From an uncultured Verrucomicrobiae bacterium (GTDB lineage Bacteria; Verrucomicrobiota; Verrucomicrobiia; Limisphaerales; JAFGQR01): 64,000 nt of DNA. Made by a program: the position numbers and the translations under genes. The stretch is from positions 54,904 to 118,903 of the forward strand of contig CAWBHS010000026.1 of NCBI GenBank assembly GCA_963788655.1, read 5' to 3'. Position 1 is the stretch's first letter. Each line of letters begins with the position of its first letter. The notes under the pieces were generated by a model that saw only the letters and a list, made by a program, of their open reading frames with translations, was not told where the DNA came from and made no database searches. Shown here piece after piece: positions 44,178 through 54,780 of the stretch.

Positions 44178-46493
44178 ATGCGCATTCTGAATTGGGTGGT
44201 ATTTGTTGCAATGGCCCCGTTGGCTTCGTCGATTCTGTGGGCGGCTGACGCGGAGAAGACGAACCAGGCTTTATTCGGTTTTACCGGGCCGGAAACGTTC
44301 CCCATCGAAAACGCCATCACCCAGTTGCGGGCTGGTGACATTGACGGCGACGGCCTGATGGACTTGGTTGTGGCCAACAACGCGCGCGCCAAAATCAATA
44401 TTCTCTTCAACCAGACTGGCAAGACGAACACGCGCCAGCCTGCAGGAATCCCGGGAACTCGAACTCAATGAACTGCCGCCGGACGCGCGATTCCGCATCG
44501 ACTCCATTGCTTCAGAAAAGCGCATTGCCGCGCTGATCCTGGCGGACCTGAACGGCGACCAGCGCCCGGATTTGGCCTATTACGGCGATCCGCGGGAACT
44601 GGTGGTCCAATACAACGAGGGCACCAATGGTTGGAGCGCGCCCAAGCGCTGGCCGATTGACAATGGCCAGCTCAGTCCGAACGCGCTCGCCGCGGGAGAC
44701 TTGAATGGCGATGAGCGGACCGACTTGGTCCTCCTGGGCGAGAATGTCCTCTACTTTTTGGCCCAAAGCAAAGAGCACGCCTTGGGCGAACCCGAAAAGA
44801 TTCCCTTTTCTGGTGAATTGAAATCGGTGCAGGTCTTGGACATCGATGGCAACCAACGGGCCGACCTGCTGCTGGTCAACTGGGACAATCCCAACCCCTT
44901 CCGGTTCCGGCTCCAAAATGACGCAGGGAAATTGGGTCCGGAGATTTACTTTACCATGATCCCGTTGCGTTCCTACTGGGCGGATGATTTGGACGGCGAC
45001 CATCGCACGGAAATCGTCACCATCGCCTTGAATTCCGGCCGCGCTCAGATTGGCGACTTTGTTAAACAACCCTCCGAGTTGGCGGCCGGGGAATTCCATC
45101 TCGGCCAGTTTAAGCTTCTCCCGCTCAACAAGTCTTCCAAAGCCCACCGGGGGCTCGTTTGGGCGGATGTGAATCGAGACGGACGTTCGGATCTGGTGGT
45201 GGCCGAGCCGGACAGCGGGCAACTGACGCTCTATTTGCAGCGTGCGGACGGTTCGATTTCCGAAGGCCGGACCTTTCCGTCCTTCGCCGGCGTCAGCGAA
45301 ATCGCGGTTGCCGGCGGGAGCCAGGCGGAGCCGACCGCCATCTACGTGTTGAGCCCGGACGAGCGCCAGATCGGTCTGACCCATTTTGATCAGGATGGGC
45401 ACCTACCCTTTCCCACCAGCATTCCGTTGGACGGGAAACCGCTTGCGATGGCGGTGCGATCCGAGTCACCCCAGGGAAAACCCATCCTGGCCGCGTTGGT
45501 GGATCGAGGGGGCGCGCGCTTTCTCTTGGTCCGTTCCGTTGACGGTCAAGTCCGGACCCAAAAGCTTAGCGAGGACTTCAAGTCCAATCCCAGCCGATGG
45601 TTTGGCACGACGTGGATCAGGATGACGTCAGCGACCTGGTGGTGCTGATCCCGTACGAAAAGATCAAGATCCTGCGGCAAGTGCCGGGCAAGGACTTCGA
45701 GGAATTGGATGTCGCGCCGCCCGGTGGCAGTCTGGAGCAGCCCTGGCTGAGCACGGCGGACGTGGATGGCGACGGCAAAACGGAATTATTGTTGGCCCAA
45801 AAGAATTTCTTACGCGCTGTGGTCCTCAAGCAACAAACCCAAAACGACGACAAGCCGGCCTGGACCTTTGCCGTGAAAGACCAGATCAATGGTAGCGGCA
45901 GCAATTCCCGGATCGTGGGCGCGGCGGCGCTGCCGAACGGCACCAATGCAGTCGCCTCGATTTTCATGCTCGATGCCGAGCGCAAGGCGCTGACCCTTTG
46001 TGAACGGGATACCAACGGTGTTTGGCAGGTAGTGCGGAATATTCAATTGCCGGTGACGGAGTTCAACGAATTGCAGCCGGTTTCCCTCGGCGGGAAGAAG
46101 CCCAATTGCATTGCGTTTCTGGGACTCAACTCCGTCGGCTGGATGGCCTTGTCCGGCGACCGGTGGACCTTCAAGGAACTGGACGGTTACGAAACGCCAA
46201 TTCGCGACGGGCGGCTCAACGACGTGGTTTCCGGTGACTTGAACGGCGACGGGCGCAAGGATCTCGTCTTCCTCGAGACGGCCAAGAACCATCTGGACCT
46301 GGTGATTTTTGACAAGTCGAAGCACTTGGTCCCGGCCACCCGCTGGCAGGTCTTTGAGGAACGTACCTTCCGGGGACGCCGCGGCAATCAAATGGAGCCG
46401 CGCGAAGCGCTGGTGACCGACGTGACCGGAGACGGCAAGAACGACTTGGTCGTGTTGGTCCACGACCGCATCCTGGTCTATCCGCAGGAATGA
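44178..46493 (+). CDS. FG-GAP/VCBS repeat secreted protein (frameshifts near 44445 and 45597)
   Basis: Repeated D(I/L/V)(D/N)GDG..DL motifs across ORFs 43962-44471, 44368-45648 and 45597-46493. Confidence 0.85.
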
Positions 46494-46816
46494 GTGAATT
46501 GGGAGTGCCGACCTTCGCGTCGGCGCGAACGTGGGTTCAATTCCACAGCGATCCACTCACAAAAAGGTGTTTCTAACCATGCCAACCTTTTTTCAATGAG
46601 TGTGTGGTCGGGGTGCGGTATCGGTTCCCTTGCTTGTAGCTCGTCAGATTTTCGTCGAACGCCGGGCGCGCCGGGCACGGCAGGCTTATTCGACTTGCTG
46701 ACCACCAGCGGCTGGCCGTTGACGAAGCCGACCAAATCCGGTCGGCAGGGGTAGAGCGCACCGGTGACGCTGAACTGGCTTACCAGTAGGAAATCATTGT
46801 TCGCCGGATTCCTGTT

Positions 46817-49800
46817 TCAAGCAACGGCCCGCGCCCGGACTTGAGAAAGTAACTCAAGCAACTCGTCAATCTGGGCCGAATTGAAAACGCCTTCCGGGCC
46901 TTGCGGGTTAAGGTCGGTGAACGGGGATTCGTAAAGCAACTCGGGTTGCATCGCGCCATGCTCGGTCAGGTGGTCCACAATCAGATTCACGAACTCGATT
47001 TGATTTGCCGTCAACGTCTTGCCCGCCGTGAATCCGCTCAAAGCCTGCTTGGCTGCTTCGCGGTCCAGGCCCACGAGGGAGCGCACGAACAATCCCAAGC
47101 CTTCTGACTCTGTTTTCGCCTTCGTCAAATGGTCGGGGTTGGTTGCGCCGCCTTCGCCGAGCATCCGCTCCAATTCCTGAAGGTCACTCGTGGTGAGGGG
47201 TTCATTCATTCGCAACTTGTGTATGACCAGATCATGCTCATGCTCACGGAGGAACTGCCGTGTCTTGGCACGGAATCGTTCGTAGCTGTCCGGTGAAGCG
47301 AAACCGGGTAGTTCAATCGCTGTTTCGCTGCCGATTTCGTCCTCGAAATCGGTGTAGATGGGTTTGCGCTGTTGCTTTTCAATCAGCTTTACCAACGGCC
47401 GCAAACGGCGGCGAACATTCTCCAGCATCGGCACGGTTACGTCCTGCCACCATTCATCGGTTTGAATGTCCTGAATCAATGGCATCTGCGCGTTCACCAT
47501 CGGGATGCTCGATTTGTCCTCCAATAGCCCGGCGATTGCTTTTACTTGATCGCTGAGACGTTTGAACGCCGGTTCGACGCGCAGCACGGCCAGTTGCAAA
47601 TTCAGCATGAGCAGATCAAACCGCTTCGCCTCTTCTTCTTCTTCCGCTTCCAGTTCGGACGGCAGTCCGGCGACTTCATGCGCCAATTCGGCGAAGGCTT
47701 CCAGCTTCAATTCGCGCCATGCTTCCGGCTTGGCGTATTTCTCGACCAGCCTGCGTTTCGCGCGGACGACAAAATTCTCCACGTTCATGGCCGCCACTTC
47801 GCCCTGCAACAACGAAGCCACTTCACGCCGCAACGCTGCTTCGTTATCCGGACCTTCCTTTGCCACGCCGGACAATTTGCGATCAAGCTCGCTGATCAAT
47901 TCCAGCCGCCGCGTAAACAGGCGCTTGCCCAGCGATTCGCCCGTCGAACCCTCGACGGTGTTGGGATTCTGGCTGAAGAACTCCAAGTTCTGGCAATAGT
48001 CGAAGATGTAGAAAAACTCCTTGTGCTTGCCCGGCGCGAACAAGTCCGGACACAACCGCGTGCCGCGTCCGACCATCTGCCAGAACTTCGTCTTGGACCG
48101 CACCAGCTTGAAGAACACGAGGTTCACCACCTCCGGGACGTCAATGCCCGTGTCCAGCATGTCCACCGAGATGGCGATATGCGGTGCTTTGTTCTTCTGC
48201 GAGAAATCGTCAATCAGACTTTGCGCGTATTCGGTCTTGAAGGTGATGGTCCGGGCAAACTTCCCGTTGTAGTGAGGGTAGTTCTTGTCGAAGCGTTCCT
48301 GGATGAAATCCGCGTGCGCCTGATTCTTGGCAAAGATGATCGTTTTGCCCAGCCGGTCGCCGCCCGGCGACTTTCTGCCCGCGTGTCATCAAGTGCTCCA
48401 GCACCTTGTCCACCGTGTCCTCGTTGAACAGCCACTTGTTGACCGCCTCGGCTTCCACCGTAGTCGGGCACGTTGCCGTCGTCATCCCACTCCAGCGCAT
48501 CCCATTGTTCCTTTTCCTCATCGGACAAGTCGTCGTATTTGATGCCCTCGCGCTGGAACTTGAGCGGCACGGAGACCGGCTTGGGGGGCACGAGGAACCC
48601 GTCCGCCACCGCTTCCTCCAAATCGTAGGCATCCGTCGGCACGCCCTTTTCCAGGTCGAACAGGCCGTAGGTGTTCCGGTCGATCTCGTCGCTGCGGCGT
48701 CGCGGTCAGACCGACGAGCAACGAATCGAAGTAATCAAAGATGGCACTGTATTTCTGGTAAACCGAGCGGTGCGCCTCGTCAATGATGACGAGATCGAAA
48801 TGCCCGACACCAAAACGCCGCTGCCCGTCTTTTGATTCGTCAATCAAGCCCATCATCGTCGGGTAGGTGGAAACGAACACCCGACCCTCGGTGTCCTTCT
48901 CGGTGACCAGATTCACCGGCGACGCATCGGGCAGATGTCGTTTGAAGGCGTTCACGGCCTGATTCACCAGCGCCACCCGGTCGGCCAGGAACAGCACGCG
49001 CTTCGCCCAGTTGCAGCGCATCAGCAGATCGCACAGCGCGATGGCCGTGCGCGTCTTGCCCCCGCCGGTGGCCATGCACGAGCAGCGTCTTGCGGTCATT
49101 GTCGTTCTCGAACGCCTCGCCGATGCGCCGGACGCCGCGAGTCTGGTAATAACGCTCAACAATCGCGTCGTTGATCTTCGCGTCGGCCAGTGTCTTGCGC
49201 GTGGTGCGGCGCTGAATCAGCAACTCCAGTTCGGCCTTCTTGTAAAAGCCCTGCACTGGTCGGGGCGGATAATTCGTGTCGTCCCAGATCCAATGCTCGT
49301 AGCCGTTCGAGTAAAAGATGATGGGTCGCCGGCCGAACTGCTTTTCCAGACAATCGGCATACAGCTTCGCCTGCTGCTGGCCGACGCGCGGGTCGCGTTT
49401 CGTGCGTTTGGCTTCGACCAGCGCGAGCGGCATGCCGTCGTCGCCCCAGAGCACGTAATCCACGAAGCCCTTTGCCTTCGTTGTTCGGCATTCCCGCCAC
49501 GGGAAACTCCCGGTCGCGTTCCTGGTCCAGCGCCCAGCCCGCTTCTTTGAGCAACAGGTCGATGAAGTAATCGCGCGTCTCGGCTTCGGAATAATTGTGC
49601 GTGTCGGCCTGCGCCGTGTTGGCCTTCTTCGCCTCGGCAATTTCGCTCGCAGCCGCTTCAATTCCGCGTCCAGCGTCGTCTTGTCCGCCAGCAATCGCCG
49701 ACAGCTTTTCGTCGCGCTCATGCAGTTGCGTTTCCAGCCGTTGCAACTGCTCAATGTCTGTTTGGGCAGCGGCGTGGTTTTGGGCAGCGCATTGGGATCA

Positions 49801-50206
49801 AAGGCCAGCCCCGGCGGCGGCTTGGCGCCGCGCGCGTAGGTGTGCGCCAGCCAGTAACCGACATGGAACAATTCCCGCACCGCCGCCAGCGCATCGGAAT
49901 CGCTGGATGTGTTTGTGACTGTGAACCGCCAGATTGCCGAGGTCTTTGATCGAGTTTCGTCTTGGCAAAAACCACCGGCCCGACCGCTGGCTTTGAACGT
50001 CGGCTCATGGATGAGCGCGCTCAGGTTGTCCTGATACGGCAGCTTGAGCGTGGCATCGTGTTTGTAGAGCCAATGCACCATCACTTCCAGCCCTCGCCGC
50101 GCGTAGAAGCACGCCGCCCGGCATCGGGATGGGCCAGCGCCTCCGCCTTGCTCGCCGCGTCGTGCAAGTCGGGCCACTCGGTTTGGAGGAAGGTGAAGTT
50201 GCTCAT
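46817..50206 (-). CDS. hsdR: Type I restriction subunit R (DUF4145 N-domain, EcoAI/EcoEI-like C-domain), several indels
   Basis: Start [29 protein letters not shown] nuclease motif; [41 protein letters not shown]-terminal LYESPFTD. Confidence 0.92.
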
Positions 50207-50684
50207 GGCAGTTTGGTTGATGCGTGTTTCCAACTCCCGCACTTCCTCGATGATGTTCGCAAACGAAGGCGGTTCAGCCAAAAACATTGGTCGCATCGCC
50301 CGATAATCCTTTTCCAGTTCGGCCAGTCTAAAATCCGGCGGCGCAAGCCGGAATGTTCCGGGCTTTGCCGAGTCATACCGCGCCCAACTCGCCGCGAAGA
50401 ACCGGCTCTTCCAATCCGCCACTCGCTGCCGCAAATCCTGCCCGAGCCAGCGCGCGCTCGACCGCCCCATGCCGGGCCAGCGCCGCCATGTCCGAATAGT
50501 GCCGCGAGAACCGGTCGCGCATGGGCTTCGCCGGCTCACGATGATGCTCCGCGTGCAGAATCGTCGCCTTCTCCCAGAAAGTCCGCTCCAGATCCAGCGC
50601 CACCAGTTCGCAGCGAAAATCCGCGAGCTGTTTGGGAATCAGGGCCTGCTCCGGCGCGGGGCGTTTGAAGAATTCCAGTTTCAC
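50203..50684 (-). pseudogene. AbiEii-type nucleotidyltransferase toxin remnant with large internal deletion
   Basis: VKLEFFKRPAPEQALI joined directly to PKQLADFRCELVALDLERTFWEKATILHAE..RFSRHYSD..K.RFF...Y..AKPGTFRL.P..DY..M..MF; catalytic GGT/DxD region absent. Confidence 0.75.
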
Positions 50685-50688
50685 GATT

Positions 50689-51288
50689 TTATGCCCCGGC
50701 CAGTTCGCGAAACAGCGGATGCATCCACGCGGGCGCAAGCCGTAAGTCCTTCAACAACTGCTGCCGCTCCTTGGCGGGCAGCGTGCGTTTCAAATGCTCC
50801 ACGCGCGCCGGGGTGATGTGCTCCTTGCCCAGATGCCGGAACGCCTGCATCAGCAATCCGCTCAATCGCCCCGCCGCCGCCATGTTGCGCGGCGTGGTGC
50901 GGCGCAACTGGATTTCCTGCCGCCCAATCTTCACCGTGCGCGACGACCCGTCCGTGAGGAACACCACCTTGGCCGGCACCTGCTCGGACAGCCCCAACAG
51001 ATTGGTGGCGTAAGCCCCGGCGGGTTGCAATCGAATCCGATCCTTCCCAGCCAGCGCCTTCGCCACCTTCTCAATGTCCGGCGACAACAGCCCCAATTCC
51101 GCGTGCTCGCGGGGATACTCGTAAAGCCCCCGCGCCAGCCGGCGAATCGTCCCCTTGCCCGCCAGACGCGACAACGCCTTGTCCACGGCATCCCGTCCGC
51201 CGATGTCAAAGAAGCTGTTCGGTGTGAACACCGAACCCCTGCCACTGCCGTAAATACGGCTTGTCAACTTGCCATCAATAGTTTGCAT
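50689..51288 (-). CDS. AbiEi-like antitoxin/transcription regulator (DUF6088-like)
   Basis: wHTH AVDKALSRL..G.IRRLARGLY; GAYATNLLGLSEQVP..VFLTDG; upstream of the AbiEii remnant. Confidence 0.85.
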   Translation of the reverse strand: MQTIDGKLTSRIYGSGRGSVFTPNSFFDIGGRDAVDKALSRLAGKGTIRRLARGLYEYPREHAELGLLSPDIEKVAKALAGKDRIRLQPAGAYATNLLGLSEQVPAKVVFLTDGSSRTVKIGRQEIQLRRTTPRNMAAAGRLSGLLMQAFRHLGKEHITPARVEHLKRTLPAKERQQLLKDLRLAPAWMHPLFRELAGA

Positions 51289-51308
51289 TCAATAGTTGCT
51301 GCAAATGT

Positions 51309-51338
51309 TGTCAGGAAAACTACCCACTTTTCCTGACA
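51309..51338. promoter_or_regulatory. Perfect inverted repeat upstream of abiEi (probable autoregulatory operator)
   Basis: TGTCAGGAAAA-N8-TTTTCCTGACA, 20 bp upstream of the abiEi start. Confidence 0.7.
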
Positions 51339-51455
51339 GAACAACCCTTCATTTTTAAGAAATAATGGTCTTCTTTTCTTAACAGCAACCCCGGTAGCAA
51401 CTGTTCGTGCGGACCATGGATGCGCGGTGGGCCAGCTTCAATCCCAGACCGCGCT

Positions 51456-52016
51456 TCATCGCGAGTCCTCCACCGCCTCCACATTGAACAGGAAACGCAC
51501 CAGCTCTTCCAGCTTCCCAGCGCTTGGGCCGTTCAGGCCGTTGCCATACTTGGAGTCGTAATTCTGCGCCCAGTCGGCGGCCAGTTTGTAACCGTCGCTC
51601 GGGTGACGTTGGATGCCGGCGTGCAGGGCCAATCCTTGCTCCACCAGCAACAGCGGCCAGCAGTGGATGATCCGCACCGGCCCCCATTGCTGGTTCTTGA
51701 ATTCGTTCTGGGCCAGCCTGGCGCGCTCGTGCAAATCCTTCGCCGCCTGCGGGGCGAGTTGCTGAAACAGGCTTTCCCGGGTGGCTCCGGTTCCCACCAG
51801 CTTGCGCGCTTCATTGAGCAGTTGCCCAGGCAACCCCGCCGTCTTCCCTTTCCGGCCTGCCGCCTTGCGGGCCACCCACAGACCGAAGGCCGGCAGCCGC
51901 TCCGGGCGCTGCTCAAACCACTTCTTCAACACGGTGAGGCGCGTCAGCGACACGTTGCCCTGACTTTGAATGTCCTCGATGATTTTGAGGATTTTATCGG
52001 GAACAAGGGTGCGCAT
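51456..52016 (-). CDS. Hypothetical protein (R-M locus cargo)
   Basis: Clean 186-aa ORF co-oriented with the hsd genes; no family recognised. Confidence 0.7.
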   Translation of the reverse strand: MRTLVPDKILKIIEDIQSQGNVSLTRLTVLKKWFEQRPERLPAFGLWVARKAAGRKGKTAGLPGQLLNEARKLVGTGATRESLFQQLAPQAAKDLHERARLAQNEFKNQQWGPVRIIHCWPLLLVEQGLALHAGIQRHPSDGYKLAADWAQNYDSKYGNGLNGPSAGKLEELVRFLFNVEAVEDSR

Positions 52017-52025
52017 GGTTGTCTT

Positions 52026-52076
52026 TCAAAGTTTTCCGCGGAAGGCGCGGTGCTGGAAAAAGGCGAAGTTGCTCAT
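52026..52076 (-). other. Chimeric hsdR-start/hsdS-end mini-ORF (cassette junction scar)
   Basis: ATGAGCAACTTCGCCTTTTTCCAGCACCGCGCCTTCCGCGGAAAACTTTGA = MSNFAFFQHRAFRGKL; compare hsdR start MSNFTFLQ and hsdS end FATLQHRAFRGEL*. Confidence 0.85.
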
Positions 52077-52099
52077 GTTGCGCTCTTGAGAGCTTGGAA

Positions 52100-52622
52100 T
52101 CACTCCTGCGGAGGCGGCGGAATCGGCTGTGTGGTCAGCCGCATTTCATCCTGTTCGGGCTTCTCCAGACGGCCCGGGGTGAACCCCTCGGTAAGCAACA
52201 ACACGCGCACACTGGTATGCCCGTTTTGCCGCAGCCGTTCAGTGAGCCGTGACAAGGTATTTCGATCCTCCGTCAGGATCACGGGTATGTTCTCCTCCTC
52301 CGCTTGGGCAAGGATTTTCAGATCGTTGATGATGACCGGGCGGCGATCCTCTGGCGCGGGCACAGTATCGGCACGAAGTGCCCGCAACATAGCCGCGGCT
52401 TTGATGGCGTGCGGGAGATTGTAGGGCTGAACCCGGAAATTCTGAAGAGGAAGATCGCTTACCGGCTGACCAACCTCAAACTCTCCTGCTGCGACAGTCG
52501 AAATCCACATGGGAATCTGCTTCGCGAGGCAATGCCGGAAATAATCCTGCCACCGTATGGTTTGGCCGGTCGGGGTCGGCAAAGGAAATGAGAAAGCTGG
52601 TGTCAAACGAAACCTGTGTCAT
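52100..52622 (-). CDS. PIN-domain ribonuclease (one indel near 52550)
   Basis: Corrected reading MTQVSFDTSFLIS...ISTVAAGEF...INDLKILAQA...ILTED supplies the PIN acidic tetrad. Confidence 0.8.
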
Positions 52623-52626
52623 GGCG

Positions 52627-53409
52627 TCACTGGTTTCCCCTCAAGGCTTCCACCCATCCTGCGGCGGACTTCACGTCCTTCCACGCCTTGCGACCCTTTT
52701 CCCACATTAACGCCAATGCCTGCTCATCCGCTTCCGTGGCCTGTGGCAAAAACTGAACCAAACGCAGATTGCGGAATTCTTTCGTTCGCAAATGCTGCTC
52801 ACCCTGCACCCGCAAATACAGGTGCTTGTAAAGCTGGTTTTCCTTCTCCGCGCCCAACTGCTGCTCGGTTGCGCTCACTCGCACGATTTCGCCGGTATCC
52901 GCCAGCACCAGATGCACATTCGGATCCTGCTTGCCGCCGAGATCAATCACCTTGCCCGCGAGATGCTTCTCGACGCTCACCCATGCGTTCTCTCCCCCAT
53001 GCTGAAACTGGCTCGCGTTCGTCACCCGCAGGGGGTGCGCCTTGTCCCCTGTGCCGACGGCATACACCCGATTGGGAGATTTCCGCGCCCGCGTCTGCCA
53101 CCGCTCGATTACCTGTGCCCGCTTCGGCTGGATGGCATCGAGGTCACCGGTCTGGTCCAGCTTGGCGAGGTCCGCACGAACGTCGGCAGCCAGGAGTTGC
53201 GCGACGAGTGTGACCACCTTCACGGACCCGGTTTCAATGCGCACCCGCGAATCCGCGAGGCTGGCACTGGGCACGTCACCCTTGATGAGCGTTTCCACAT
53301 CCTCAAGGAAACCGCGCAGTGTCGGCAAATCCACCGTCTCCGGCGTCAGTGGCCGCCCGGCCACCACGTCGTCCAGCGAGAAGACCAACTCTGTCAGTTC
53401 GTGCGGCAT
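52627..53409 (-). CDS. Hypothetical protein, partner of the PIN gene
   Basis: Clean 260-aa ORF ending 4 bp before the PIN start; IETGSV, GKVIDLGGKQDPNVHL, ENQLYK, WVEALRG. Confidence 0.8.
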   Translation of the reverse strand: MPHELTELVFSLDDVVAGRPLTPETVDLPTLRGFLEDVETLIKGDVPSASLADSRVRIETGSVKVVTLVAQLLAADVRADLAKLDQTGDLDAIQPKRAQVIERWQTRARKSPNRVYAVGTGDKAHPLRVTNASQFQHGGENAWVSVEKHLAGKVIDLGGKQDPNVHLVLADTGEIVRVSATEQQLGAEKENQLYKHLYLRVQGEQHLRTKEFRNLRLVQFLPQATEADEQALALMWEKGRKAWKDVKSAAGWVEALRGNQ

Positions 53410-53476
53410 ATTGTCTGCAAGGCCAATATCGTCCTGGGCGCTTCTGCCGACAAGCCGAATGTCGGATGCGGCAGGC

Positions 53477-54705
53477 TCATAATTCTCCTCTGAAGGCGCG
53501 GTGCTGGAGGGTGGCGAAGAGCGCGTCCAGCTCCGCCAGCGACGCGCGCTGCGCCGTCTTCAGCGCCGCCACCGCCGTCACTCGCCGGGCGAATTCGCGC
53601 TGCAAGGGGATGGGGGGAACGAAAATGTCCAAGTCGCGCAATCGCGTCCTTGGCAAAGATTGGCCTGACTGCGATGCATGCGCGCTTCTGAATCATTCGC
53701 GCCATCCATTGCGGTGAGTTCCAGGTAGTGACTCCGAGAATACCGGACATGAATGCTGACGATCGCGGCTTCGCCAGCTGTCATCGCGGCGAACGAGAGC
53801 ACAGTGGCTTCGGTCAGTGTGACGATGAGCAACTCGGCCGGATTGTGCCCGAACACGAGATTAGAATGTCCCCGACTTGCGGATCACATCTTCGGCGCAT
53901 TCTCTCATACTCGCTCTTGCCCGAGGTGTATCGACATCCGTCGGTATCAATGAAGCCATCTCGAATGTTCCGTGCGGAAAGCAGTGTAATTCGCTTCCGT
54001 GGTGCGTTTGGGAGTTTGATGATCCCCGTCCGTAATTTTCAGCGCGAGCGTCACCAACCTTCTGGCACTGGGAAGCTTTCGGGTTGGTGAGCCGGGGTCG
54101 CCGAAGAGGTCGAGGAAGAGGGATTGGGTGAGGGAGTCGAGTTGGGCGAGGGCGGCGCGGCGCTTGGCCCGCAACGCCTCCGCCCGGTCCAGCACCTCCG
54201 CGATCCGCCGCTGCTCCGCCAGCGGCGGCAGGGGGATTTCCCAGCTCGCAAAACTCGTCGTGTTGATAACGGCCTGAGCAGACGCCGCCTTGCCTTATCG
54301 CAGCATGCGCCCAGCTGACTCGCAGGAGAACTGACTCAACTGGACCAAGTATTCGGCGATGAAGCTCTGAGCCGCGGTCGCAATGACGAGGAACGTTTGC
54401 CACAGTTTGCACCATCAAGCTCGCGTGGCACGACGGCGAGCATTTACCTCGTCCGCGACTACTCGTGAAACAACAATGTCGCCCGCCTTCAGCTGACGCG
54501 TTTGTCTCGAGCTTGCGATGAAACTCGCGCGCAACGACCTGCTTTCCCGGTTCGACCAAAGCATCTTGGCGATGTGCCGTAGATTCCCAGTCCGCAGGGA
54601 CGGAACGCCGTCGTTGCAAAAGTATTCGGAGCTCGACCGACGTCGCCAACCGTCACGTATTCAGCAACAGCTTCGAGCGGCATTCGTTGATTCACGCGGC
54701 TTCAC
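53477..54705 (-). CDS. hsdS: Type I specificity subunit S; TRDs badly corrupted by indels
   Basis: Central conserved region IPLPPLAEQRRIAEVLDRAEALRAKRR..FLDLFGDP; C-terminal PPIPLQREFARRV..LDALFATLQHRAFRGEL*; TRD fragments DGVPSLRTGN, LKAGDIVVSR, ITDGDHQTP. Confidence 0.85.
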
Positions 54706-54774
54706 CTCAGCATTCCCTCCAGTTCCTTCATGCCCTGCTGAATTTCCGCCTCCAGTTGGCCGAGGGCTTTGAGG
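54700..54774 (-). repeat. 75-bp duplicate of the hsdM 3' end
   Basis: Aligns ungapped to 55805-55879 with 4 mismatches; encodes [23 protein letters not shown]. Confidence 0.92.
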
Positions 54775-54780
54775 CGGTTC

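Noticed and set aside
50081..50539. Apparent AbiEii-HsdR translational fusion (..[11 protein letters not shown]..)
   Set aside because: Removing one A from CAAAC gives INQLP* with a standard ATGA stop/start overlap; probably a homopolymer error.
51399..51459. Possible second hsdS-tail scar (CACCGCGCAT) between the unknown gene and abiEi
   Set aside because: Only about 8 bp match; not distinguishable from chance in GC-rich DNA.
53394..53480. 28-codon ORF MSLPHPTFGLS.. overlapping the hsdS stop, as a gene remnant
   Set aside because: Too short to assign; only its ATGAGC start is used, as supporting evidence for the cassette model.
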